Shown: positions 33,665 through 45,600 of the stretch, in pieces
Layout: every line of letters starts with the position of its first letter
How positions within the stretch are numbered: the first letter of the stretch is position 1
Source of the DNA: Candidatus Omnitrophota bacterium
GTDB taxonomy: Bacteria; Omnitrophota; Gorgyraeia; Zapsychrales; JBDRMG01
Assembly (NCBI GenBank): GCA_043812495.1
Contig: JBDRMG010000020.1
Location: 1 to 47,932 of the forward strand
Direction of reading: 5' to 3'
DNA length: 47,932 nucleotides
Made by a program: the position numbers and the translations under genes
The notes under the pieces: generated by a model
Database searches by the model: none
Seen by the model: only the letters and a program-made list of their open reading frames with translations
What the model was told of the DNA's origin: nothing

Positions 33665-36600
33665 CGGTCGTCATGTCCTCTTTGGCTTCCCTGTAGGCTT
33701 TCTGCCAGTTATCGGAATGACACCGCAAGATCAAATCCAACCGGCAACTGCTGAAATCAATGCCGGAGGCAAGGATCGTTTCTTCCAAGAAAGGATCCGC
33801 GTAACGGAACAATAAGCCCGTCAGGTCAAAACCCCGTTGCGCGCGCATTAATTCACGCAAAGATGGAATCTTTTCCTTGGCAGATACAGATGGATCAAGA
33901 AGGCGTTGGATAGGTGCTTCCTGTTCGGTTCCTTTGTTCATTTCGTTGATCCAGACAGCAAAAACCTCTTTAGCTAAACTTTCAGACTCTTCGATGTTTT
34001 CTTGTTGTCCGTTTAAGTGGGCGAGTTCGTGCACAAGGATACGCTTGAGGAGATCGATTTCACCGGCTTCGATGAGAAGACTGATAAGACCGATGGGAAG
34101 GTAAATGCCTGGTTTGATGCCACGGCCCTTAACCGTGACGGCGACAAGGAACCGCGTGGCCAGGATAAACCATAAAAATGGAAACGGCGGTGCGCGGGTC
34201 TGCTTACGCGAAGCGGTTTTGACCAGTCGTATCATTTTGTGGCGCAGAAGCTCAAGAACATCGGGATAATCTCTTAATGCGTCAACAGCCCATTGCGGAA
34301 TATACTTATAAACTCGATCATTTTCCGTAATATCCTCCACGACCTCCTGCGTCTTTCCCTTCGCCCATTTGTCCATTTGGCCGGATTCCGTGGAAACCCC
34401 ATAAGCGCAAGGATTGGCTTGCGGAGTACCCGCGTCCTTTCTTTGTTTTACTTCCTCCATATAAATTCTTTGAAAACGGTTAATTTTCGTTCGGACGGCA
34501 TCATCAATGCACCTTGTTTTGTGTTGATGATCAAGCATTACTAATGATTGCAGTTTAATGATCGTATTCTCGGCTCTCTTCAGCGAAAATTGACCTGGGT
34601 CCGTCAAATTTGCTTCAATAACTTCAAAATCAAATTCTATATTTTTAATCAAATCATCCCGCATGCCCATTAAACCGTTTCCATCGCGCAAACCTAGTTT
34701 ATCAGTCAACTTTCTGGCGACAAATATCACAGCCCACTGAGCTAATCTCTCCTCAATGTCATTTGATAATTCTTGAAGGCCAACGATTGATCCGGCTGCC
34801 CTCTTAAATCTAGCCTCACTGATCCCTGCGCCAAAAAGAAGTTTTAAGATAAAATCCATGGTCTCATTGTTGATTCCAAGCTTCTTTCCAACGCCATTGC
34901 TGTTGTAGCTTACCCTCAAAGGCTCCTCATCAACCTCCAAGGGTTCTTCTTGCTCTATATCATCCTCATCATAAGAATCTTCAGAATCCCCTAATTCATC
35001 GCCCATCATACTTGCCGAATATCTGTCGTCATCGTCATAAACGTTTTGAGTCCCCCAAATATTTATCTTTGAGTTCCGCCTGGCTTGGAAGGAAGCCTCA
35101 CAGTCTTCTGTTCGCTCATCCAACCGACTCCCGCTTGTCATGATCGCTTCTTTTTTCATTGTTTCGCTCATAATAGGTATAATTCTCTCAAATTCTTTGT
35201 CGCTGACACAAAATTTCCTGGCCAAATCAGAGTAAAAAACAACTTTGGGTGATGTTCGTCTGAGAATTTCCTCTTCTTTCTCAACAATCGCATTATGGAA
35301 TTCTTCAAGCAGATCAAATCCAACAATCAATTCACCAAAATTCATTTTTCTGATAAACGGATATTGATTCCCATATGTCTGATAAATCTCGTTTCTAAAG
35401 GCATTTAAATCCCAAAGAACGGGCAACATCAGAATAATTTTATCTTTGCTCACTTTCAGGAAACGCAGTAGAAAGCCGGGTGTCCGGTCAATCTCCAGCC
35501 CCTCTGTTTCGACATTCATTTCTTTCCTAAATGTTTGGAACATTTTCGTCAGTTTACCGTCCTTGCCCAGCGAAAATCCGAACGCCGGGCTTATATAGTT
35601 CATCATGCCAAGATATTTTTTATATCGTTTCGCAAATTTCTTATTAAACTCATCCTGCAAATCAAATCCTGTGATAAGGCTTGCGTAAGATTCGCTTTCA
35701 TTAACCCATCCTTCCGCAGTCACCAATGATTTAAACAGAGGAATATTCCACTTGGCGGACTCCATCAGTGCAAGAACTTTGTCCCTTGTAACACTATGCT
35801 TTTCGCATAAGAAATACCCATTTTGCCCATCATCATGAAAATTGAGATCCAATAATGTCGGATCATATGCTTTAATAAGCCGTTTTAAGACACCGTTAGG
35901 ATTCTTTCGCGGGATTCCAAAGTCCTCCGAAAGAATAGAAAAATTACCTCTTCGTCGAACATATTGCTGCCGTAAGAAAGCTTTAAAGGTCTTAAGAAGG
36001 TCAAAGCCTCTGATATTGTCCACATGGGTTGCGTAAGGAGCTGAAATAATCGTAAGCGCTTCTTCTCTGAGCGCATACAAATTAAATACATCATTCCCGA
36101 TAACTCCTTCTTCTTTCATGCGCCTCAAGAAATCGGCTCGGCTTTCTTCCTGCATGCTCAAAAGATATCCGGATTTACGCATTAATTCCTTAGCTTTCCG
36201 TTCAAGATTAATCCCAAAGTGATTAACAAGACCAACGGAAAATGATTCGGCAGCTTTTGCGCTGAATCCAAAAGCTTCACCCAATGGAATGAGGGAAAGT
36301 CTTCCTGATTGTATATGCTCCATTGCCTTTGATCTGAGCTCAGCGCTGATAGCAAGACCATGGAAGAAATCCCACCGAGGAACAAAATTTGTAATATATT
36401 TTGAGTATTTTTCTTCGAATTCTTTTAAATTCCAGCCATCACCTAATTCTGCGAGAATATCACTTTTTGTTTTTCCCAGCGCCCCAAGCAACCAGCCCCG
36501 CTCTTGGACAATGTTCTTCCTTTGGGTTTCAAGATTGACGCCGAGACTTTGAGCTATTTGAGAAACGAAAGCATAACCGCTCATGATACCATAATAGCCA

Positions 36601-39600
36601 AAACTCCGACCCAGTTGATCAATTCTTAAGGCGGATGTTCTGAATCTCTCAAGAAATACTTTCTTGATTTCATTCGATATATTCAAACCAATTAAAAGCT
36701 CATGATGAGTAAAGTAGCTTGATGCTCCGATTTCCCTTCGAAATGCGTTAAAGTCCCAATTCAAATCTCCTAATCTGTTTAAGACTTCAACCTTTGTTAA
36801 TTCATAATGTTTAAGCAGTCCGTCTTTTTTCACCATTGATTTCGCGCCCTTCTTTCCTTCTTCTGCCTTCTTTATGATCCCCACCACTCCCAACCCCGCC
36901 AGGTGCGCGAGGGAGACAGCGCCTGCCTGCGTCATGAAAAGGTAAAGCAGGCCCAAGGCCGCGAGGAAAACAAGGCAGGCGGCCGCTGTCGTTGAAACAG
37001 ACTTCACCGCGTCTTTGATTTCCAAGAGAATTCTGCGGATTCTTTCCCTGCTTAAGTTAAGCGAATTCCCGATATCTTCATAGAATTCTCTTTTTTGCGC
37101 GCGTCTTAAAATTTTTCTATTTCTCGGATGAATACCTAAATCGCTCAGGTGAACCGGCTTTTGCGCCAGGAGCTCATTGATTTCGCGGACCAATTGACTT
37201 GGTCGTTTTCTCTTTTTAGCGTTTCTCTTCGTTTTCTTTCGAGATGTCTTCTTTCTCGACGAAGTCTTGCGCGCCCCTTTCTTCATCGGCTGGATACCGC
37301 GCGACAAAAGAAAGTCGGGCCAGCTACCATAAAGCCGCTTGACGGCAAGAACAAAATCCTTGTAGCCGACCCTGACCCAATTGACACGATACCTTTTGTC
37401 TTGGATGCCTTTCGGCGGATGATTAAATTGTTCTTCTATGTCTGCTTTGGTCCACAGGCTGGCGAGAAATTCGGTCCAACCGCCGTAGAGCGTATTGATT
37501 TTTTTAAGCATCTGGCCGTATCCCGCCTGTCTCCATCCTTTCGATAACCGCGGTTTTTTGACAGTGTCGGGAGGATTATTGTATATGGCTTCTATTTTAC
37601 TTCTGCTCAACCGGCCAAGGTCAATCACTTCACGCGCCGGTTTTTTCCCGGATCTTTCTTGCCGGCAACGTTTGACAAATTGTCTCCGTTTCTCGCTCAA
37701 CTCATCATCGCCGATATAGCGCAGTACATAAGAATAAACCGTGGTGAAATGCACGCCTAATTCCACGGCCATGTCCGCGTAATGCCCATGATGCTTTTTG
37801 GTCAATTCCCGTATGCGACGCCGGCCCGGAAACCGATCCGATTTGGGGCCGGTCCTGATCACGCCCGATAAACCAAGCGGCATGGCTTTCATGACGCCAA
37901 GCGAAGTGAGAATAGTTGAATGATCGAAGCCGCCGGAATAGCCAATAGACAGCAATCCCAGACCAGCCAGAATCACAACGCAAAAACCAAAGAAGACAAG
38001 AGAACCACCGCCCCTCGAAGATGGAGAATTCTCGCATTTTCCTCTCAGATCTTCACTTAATAAGGGATGAACGGTTTCTTTTTCATTTTTCGCTATGCCT
38101 TGAAGGGCAGCGCGCGTTTCCTCGATGGTTTGCCCATCGTTCAATTTTCCTGTTTTGATTTGTTGAAGAACAATCTGAATGTTCTGAATGAACTTTCCTT
38201 TTAATATGTTAAATTCTGTGAGTTCCTCCGATATCCCTTCCAAAACTTTTCTTACGCCCGTGACTATGGCATACTGGGCGGGCAGATTATCCGTCTTTCC
38301 AAACTTCTTCTCGACCATTTTAGACAGATAAAGTCCGGGATTTTTCGCGCGAATCTCGCGCAAGCAGAGAATAAACATTTCAACGTACGTTGGATTTCTA
38401 TTTGCCAGGGCCTTGACCAAAGGCTTGCTGACTTCATAGGGACTCTTTTGAGAGATCTTAAGCAATAAGGATTTGGCTGCTTTAACGCGTTCTGGATTTG
38501 GATCAGATAAAGCGCCCACCAAAGGCTTGCTGACTTCATACGGACTGCTTTGAGAGATCTCAAGCAATAAAGATCTGGCTGCTTCAACGCATTCTGGATT
38601 TGGATCAGATAAAGCGCCCACCAAAGGCTTGCTGACTTCATAGGGGCGACTCTCAGATCGTCTGAGTAATTCATGACCAACCTCTTCTTCTCGGCCTGGA
38701 TATGTCAAAATGGCCACCAATTCATTTATTCTTAGTGAAGCGATATCCTTCACTGATGAAATAACTCCTATTGGGAATTCTCTGGTTCGAGCGGGCAATT
38801 GCGCTTGTCCGCGATCTAGGCCTCTTAACATTCCTACGAGATCCGGTGTGGATCCCGAAGCTATCGGGGATTTGTCTTGATCGTCGCTCTTGCTTGTTTT
38901 CGGAGATTTTAATTCTTTGCGCTCATCACGCGTGAATAGGCTTTTTTTGCCAAGTTCTTCATCTTGCATGACAATCATCTCAAGCTCCGTGCGGATTCTT
39001 TGCACTTTGGAAGGGTTCGTCTTGTTATCGCCTAGCTTGCTTCGCGCCTCGTCAATAGCACCCGTTAATTCTTCTCTCAGGGATTGGAACACCATGCTGT
39101 CTTTGCCTTGCGTTTCTCTTAAGCTCAGAACAAGGGCGTATTTGACGGCAAGATTGATTCTGTTTCCAAACTCTCTTTTGACTTTTTCCGGTGATGCAAT
39201 GCCCTGGAGAATGGATGAATTGCTTCCAAAGGCATTTTTCAATATACTTGAAACAACATCCGAGGAGCGAATTTGTCTTTTTCTTGCAACCATACCAAAG
39301 AGAACCAAAGACACATTAAAAGAAATCGAGAGTACTTGAGAAAAGACATCGGGTCCAGGGAAGTTAAGGAGATGGGATAAAAAGGAGTCAAGCGAAAGGA
39401 CGCCGGCGGTGCTTATTTGCGCAAAGATATCGAACCCGTCCGGACAGCAAAGGAGTGCAGGCAAGTGCGCCAAGTGCGTAGGGATCGTTATCGCCGAAAC
39501 AAAGGTCAAATCAAAAAGACCAAGTATATAAGGAAGAACGGACACAAACGCCAAAAATGGAAACAGCGGGAGGATGCACAAGGTCTCTGGACCGCTTTGA

Positions 39601-42600
39601 GGTTTATCTAATTCAGAAATAACGTTTTCGAAGGCGGGAATCAACTGCTCTTTGGCGGGTTGATCTTCTGTTCTCGCGCGACGCAGCGTCATGAGCGCGA
39701 AAGACAATCGAACGCTCACAAGAGACATGTCTTTGTTTGCGATACGTCTATTTGGTGGGAAATAGTTCTCTTGAATTTCTTCACAAATAGAGATGGCCGC
39801 ATCGAGTTTGTCCTGACGGATAAGTTCTCTGGTGATTTGAAGGACGGTTCGGATATCTTGTTGGACGACCTGACGTTCCTGATCGCAGTCCATGGGGAAG
39901 GAAACGAACTTGCGGATAATTGCAAGCGTGTCTTCAAGCGAAGTTTTATAATGTTTAAAGGTCGCGTCTTCGTCTTTCAATGTTTTTGCGACAACAATCG
40001 CTGTCGTCAACCGGTTATTGACTTGTCTGATATGGCTATTTTGCTTATCTTTGACGCGCGCCTCTATGGAGAAATGTTTCTTTCGAATCTCTTGCAGGAT
40101 ACCAAGCGCCCAGTCGAAGCGATCCTCTTTGATCGATCTTTGGGCCAACTCAACGGCGACTTTAAGTTCTTCCTCGCGCGTCATGCGGCTGCGCAATTTG
40201 TTCAAATAATCAGAAGCCTGGGAAAGGGAAATGGCGCGCATGCGCTGAAGCGCATCCATGCGGTCTTTGAATTTGTGGATGGCAGCTTCGAGAGATTCAA
40301 CGGTTTTTACGTAATTCCCGGATTTTAAGTATTCCTCAGCTCTTTTTAAATCTGGCAGAGCGGTCTTTCTGGCCTCATCAGAGACTCCGCGTTCAACCCA
40401 TTCTTTGGTGCGCTCAATCATCTGAGCGGCTTCCTGATGGATCGCCATAGAAATACTTTGGTCTCGTTCCGTAAGCTGCTTAATCGTATGCTTTAAGTGC
40501 GCGGCAACATCAAAAAGCGTCATGTATTCTTTTGTCTGGTTCACATATCTATGAATGGCCAGGCGAACAGCCTTTTCAAAGGACGAGACTTCCACAACAA
40601 TTTCTTTTTGTATTTTATAGACTCTGACTTCGCCTGTTTTTAACCGGACGTAGCGATTGACCCACGGCCGCAGGGCAACCCGAACAGCTTTGTTTTTCTT
40701 AACATCCACAGTCCAGCCTTCTATCTCTACAGAATCAAGAAGAACATGCATCCAGTCGCTTAGATCGATGTTGATGATTTTTCTTTCCTTGATTTGCCTG
40801 ACGCGCATCCAGTAATATTCGATATTGATGAGAATTTGCATATTATGATAAGCGCCGTCGATGCAGGCAAGGGCCGCCGAGAATAATTTCTTTTTCAAAA
40901 ACAGAAGCGATAATTTCAGCTGCACTCTTGTCTTCAGCCATAACAGCTCACGCTTTTGCTGATTAAGCTTGGTCAGAAGCTCATCGTCTTCCTTTTTGTC
41001 TGCGGACACAATCAGTTGATCGATTTTGGGGATTTTTTCTTTTAGCTGCTTAAGAAGCCGGCGTAAGGCATCGACATCCTCTGTTTGATCTCTTTTGGAC
41101 TCAAACGGTATTTCATCCGTAAGACCCTGAAGTTCGTCGCGAAGGACTTTGTATTCTTCTCTTAATCTTTCAAGCGCACCGACCTTATCCGGATCATTTT
41201 TAAATAGAGGACCTAGCGTAGTCACTAATTCCAAGGCGCGATTGATCTCAACAAACTTTTTGCGCATATACCGCGCCAGGCCTTCTTCTTGATCATCATT
41301 GTCATTGGCCTTTTTAACCATCGCCCCCAGCGGAATCAGGGCGAAACTTGCCGTTACATTCCATCCGCCCTGCGGGTCAAGACCGATCAAGGGTAGGATA
41401 AACAATATAAGCACACCTAGCCCCAAGGCCCCCAAAGCCCTTAAGACAAACTGGGGATCAACGGGTAAATTCTCGAGGATTTTTTCCCTGGATTGTCCAT
41501 CAAAATTCGAAGAGGCCTTGAGCATGATCATCAATGCTTCTTTTTGCGGGCAGACAAGAATATCTCTTAGGCGCTGACCACCATACCTTTGATATCCCGT
41601 TTCCAGCTCTTCATCCGACTCCTCTTCCAGTTTTTGCAGGAAACGCGCCAGCAGATACCTCATGAAATCCCGATAGCGTGGATGTTGCCGATAATGATTT
41701 AAAGTTTCTTCGAACTCAAAAGGAGACGCTTGTTCGGGAACAATCGGTTCCGTTAAAGACCCGAGGGCCAAACGATTCCATTGGTAGTGGATGCGCTCCA
41801 TGATTTGCGCCTCAAGAGACGGCCCGAGCACAGCAAACGGGATGTCGTCCTGAACACCCGAAAGAATCTTTTCGCTTCTGAATTGGGCTATTTCTTGAGA
41901 ACGGAAGTTTCCTCCGTCAACGGATTCCAAGATCCGGCCCAATTCATATTGCAATATTTTCTTTGTTAACGAAAATGTTTGGATGACAGTTGTCCGGCCA
42001 TACGTTCCGTAGACAAGCTGCTGGGGTTCTTTACTTTCAAACTCGTTGAGTCCTTGCATAACAAAATTAGCGCGGTTGATCAAGAAAATTAAGGCAAGCA
42101 AGCGATAGATTTGCAGATCCGGCGTACCGGCTTTGCATATGATCAGAAGATTATTAAGATCGTTTAAAGGTGCGCAAATTTCATTGTTGATAAAAGCGAT
42201 GAGCTGGCGGGATGGACCTGAAAAATTCAATGGTGAATCATCGAACCGGTCAATATTGGAATAGGTGGCCTCGGCCAATCGTTCCTTTTTCTGGTTGTAG
42301 AGATAACTCTTCACGGCCAAAGCAATGCTGTCAATGGACTGGCAGACATGGCTCCTGACAATGCCCCGGAATTCATCCTTGTTTCCGGCTATTTCATAAA
42401 TCCGCTTTTGCGGAATTCCGTTTTTTTCGCTCAGGGTAATCCCCAGCGGGAACAGCGCGGCCAGCGCAGAGGAATAAAGACTATCGACAGCAGGCTTTAA
42501 AACTCTTTCGAATGCTTCCCGGAAGGCCTTTGTCAGGACCTCCAAATCCTCATTTTGATAACCGTCGAGAATCATCCCCACAAGCGGCAGAAGCAGGAAG

Positions 42601-45600
42601 AGATCGGGAAGGAAGCAGCCTAAGACAACACCTGCCTTTACAACTTCCTCTCTGCTTGTACCGGCAAGACTCAGAATTTGCTCTCTTTCTCTGGCGATAT
42701 TGGTCTCATATTCCACTCTTAAAGGTTCTTCCTGATGAGGAATACCCAGATTTTCCAGAAAGTTTCCTTCTAAACGATTTTTTCGCTCGTCAAAAAGAAT
42801 TTGAATGAGTCTTTTTGTTAAGTAGAGCCGCCTTGCGGGGCTTTTTAGAATTTCGTACATAATCGCATAAGGATGAGGACATACTTTTACTCTTTCTTTA
42901 AAATCTGGCTCGACTTCTTGTGTTAAATCTAAAAGTATGCTTGGCTTCATTTCCAAAACCCATGTAATAGGATCATCTTTGGCTCGATTGAGGATATCGG
43001 ATAATTCTTCGTCAATAATGTTACCCATTGAGAAATTTGAATAGAGAATATCGTAAAAATAAACGTTTCCATCTTCATCAAAATATAAATATTCCGGCTG
43101 CCAATGATAGGCTGTATCGATACCCGAGAGAAAATCTTCCGTAGTGCCCCAATTACGGATATATTGATCTTCACCTAACAACTCCGCATAACCTACTCTA
43201 TTAACAAAATCTCTTATGACGGTAATGGTGTATCCAGCTTTTAGGCCGTTTATAAATGTTATTTCATCTATTATCGGCAACTCAATATCTTGGGCTTGTC
43301 GATCTTTCAGAGTTATAGTCTCAACAACTTTATGTACAGGGCCTAGTTCTCTTCGTCTTAATTCTTCAACCAACTCTTGAATTCTCTGATCAAAGCCAGG
43401 TTCATGCACGCTTCTTATCTGAATAGGTAGCTTTGGCATATATCTCACAGCGACTTCGATAATATTTGCGACATGGGAGATAGGTAATTTATCTTGATGA
43501 AAGCTATCAAAGGAAATGGATAAGCAAAATTCGTAGTCAGTATCATTTTTCATTTTTGCCATGACGCATGGTCCTATAAAGGCCATACGGGCAAGGGTCA
43601 TTCGGAGGTCCTTTGTAACATCTGCATTGATTTGTAAGACTAGAGGAAGATTGATTTCGTCCATCAAGAATTGTACGTCTGCTTGAGCAAAGCCCAATGT
43701 GTTTCCGCCAATAATCGCCACAGCTGTAAACTCAGGAAAAGACTGGACAGAAGACAATATTTTTCTGTACATTTCTTTCCTTTGCTTCCAGGCCATATTT
43801 CTTGTCTTTCCTTTATAAGCAAGCTGGCAATGAGTGCATCCTGTGACGCAACTTCGTGTAACCTGGATATTGACAGTATCATTAATAAAAATAATAGGAT
43901 TAGGAATGCTTGTCATAGAAGCTAGTTGAGCGACAAGGTTTCTTCTTTCTAGATCAACGCCCTGCCCGATCATTTCGTAATAGTATCTTGCTTTTGCTTC
44001 AACAATCCTTTTCGCCAAGCCACGATTTGAATCCCGCAGATTACCTGCAATAATCATGCCAAACACAGGCACAAGCAAGAAGAGATCGAGGGGAAGGGCG
44101 CAAGCCAACACAACTCCCTGATCCGAACAATCTCTTTCTGTGAAATTGGATAAGCTATGCGGCAGCACGTCCGCAAGGTCTTGCGCATCCTTCAAAATTT
44201 CATCGTATTGCTTAAGGTCAACGCGGGTGGAATGCCGTAAGTTCAATTGATAATTATCAAGGATAAGGATTTTTTCAACGACTTCTTTGAGGAGTTCTTG
44301 GGCATCTTTCTTTTTACGAAATCTTTTTAACTGTATCTGATAAGCGTTGAGGGTCTCCATAGTCTTTTTAACAGGCTGAATCAGTATATCCTCGACAAAT
44401 TGTCGGTCGACAGTGGCATTTCTTGAATTTCGACCGTTGGAGACTTTGAGACACTCTCCGTCTGTGGAAAGACAAAGAATGTGCTCCAGGGCCTCAAGAT
44501 AACGCGAAGCCACCCGATAAGTCATGATCGCCCTTTGAACACCGGCCGATGATCTTCCTTTTTCGCTCCTGGCTTCTTTGACGGCAGAGGCAAAATCAGA
44601 ATCCGCTTTCAAAAGTCTTCCTAAAGGCCAGCGGAAAGTGTGATAGCCGTCCGTTTGGCTATAACCTAATTGCCTGCCTAAAGAGGCGATGGTTTCACCG
44701 TTGGCCAAGCCTCCTAAAACAAAAACTTTGAGACGGTCGGTGAGCGCCCCTTGATACAACTCAAAGAATCTCTTGAAAGTCGGAAATCTTTCTTCAAAAA
44801 TATCGACCAAACTCTTAAACGCAAAACCGACACGGTTTTGCGTGGAGCGTCTGCCCATGATCTCGGTCAAACCGTAATACTTTCTCATCGTACGAATCAA
44901 ATCAGCCAATAGATTCTTGTAAACTCCGTTCATGTCTTCCTTGAATTGCTCATCTTCCGCTTCAAGCTCTGCTATCCATTTACGCAAAGTGACTTTGTCG
45001 ACACCAATTTGTTTGGCCGTTGCGCGCAGACTGCCTTTCTTGATTCTTAACCAGTAAAGAATGCATCGTTTTTGCTCAACATAAATAGGTTTGACTTTTT
45101 CTTTAAGATCCCCATCGCCGTCTCTAATAACACGGGCCACTTCTCGTGCGGATAAGCCAAGGATCTCGGCGGCTTTGAATTTGTTTCCTTTGGCTTTCTT
45201 GAGCGCCGCTACAAAAGCCACTCTTGAAATTTGTTGTTTTTTACGTTTAATGGTAACGGTAAGATTGTTTTTCTGATCAGTTTTTTTGGTCATCCCGACG
45301 ATTACTGGAACAAAAGCCAAACCAGCGGCGGATGAGGCGGGAATGAGGACGAGAAGCAGGATGGCAGCAATTGAAAGAGTGTATAGCAGATAATTAGGGA
45401 CGTCTTTCATTCTGATCCCAAGGGTGTCCCCATAAGCTCGCCTAAGGGACAGGCTTAGGTTACGGCTGAAGGACGTCCCTAAACGAAGGAGGTCTTCGAT
45501 TGAGAACGGCACCAGGGCGCAGTGGAGGCTAACAGACCCATCCAAACCTTTTTCGAACAATCCAACAAGAATTTCTTCGTTAAACGGTTCGTTGAATCGC

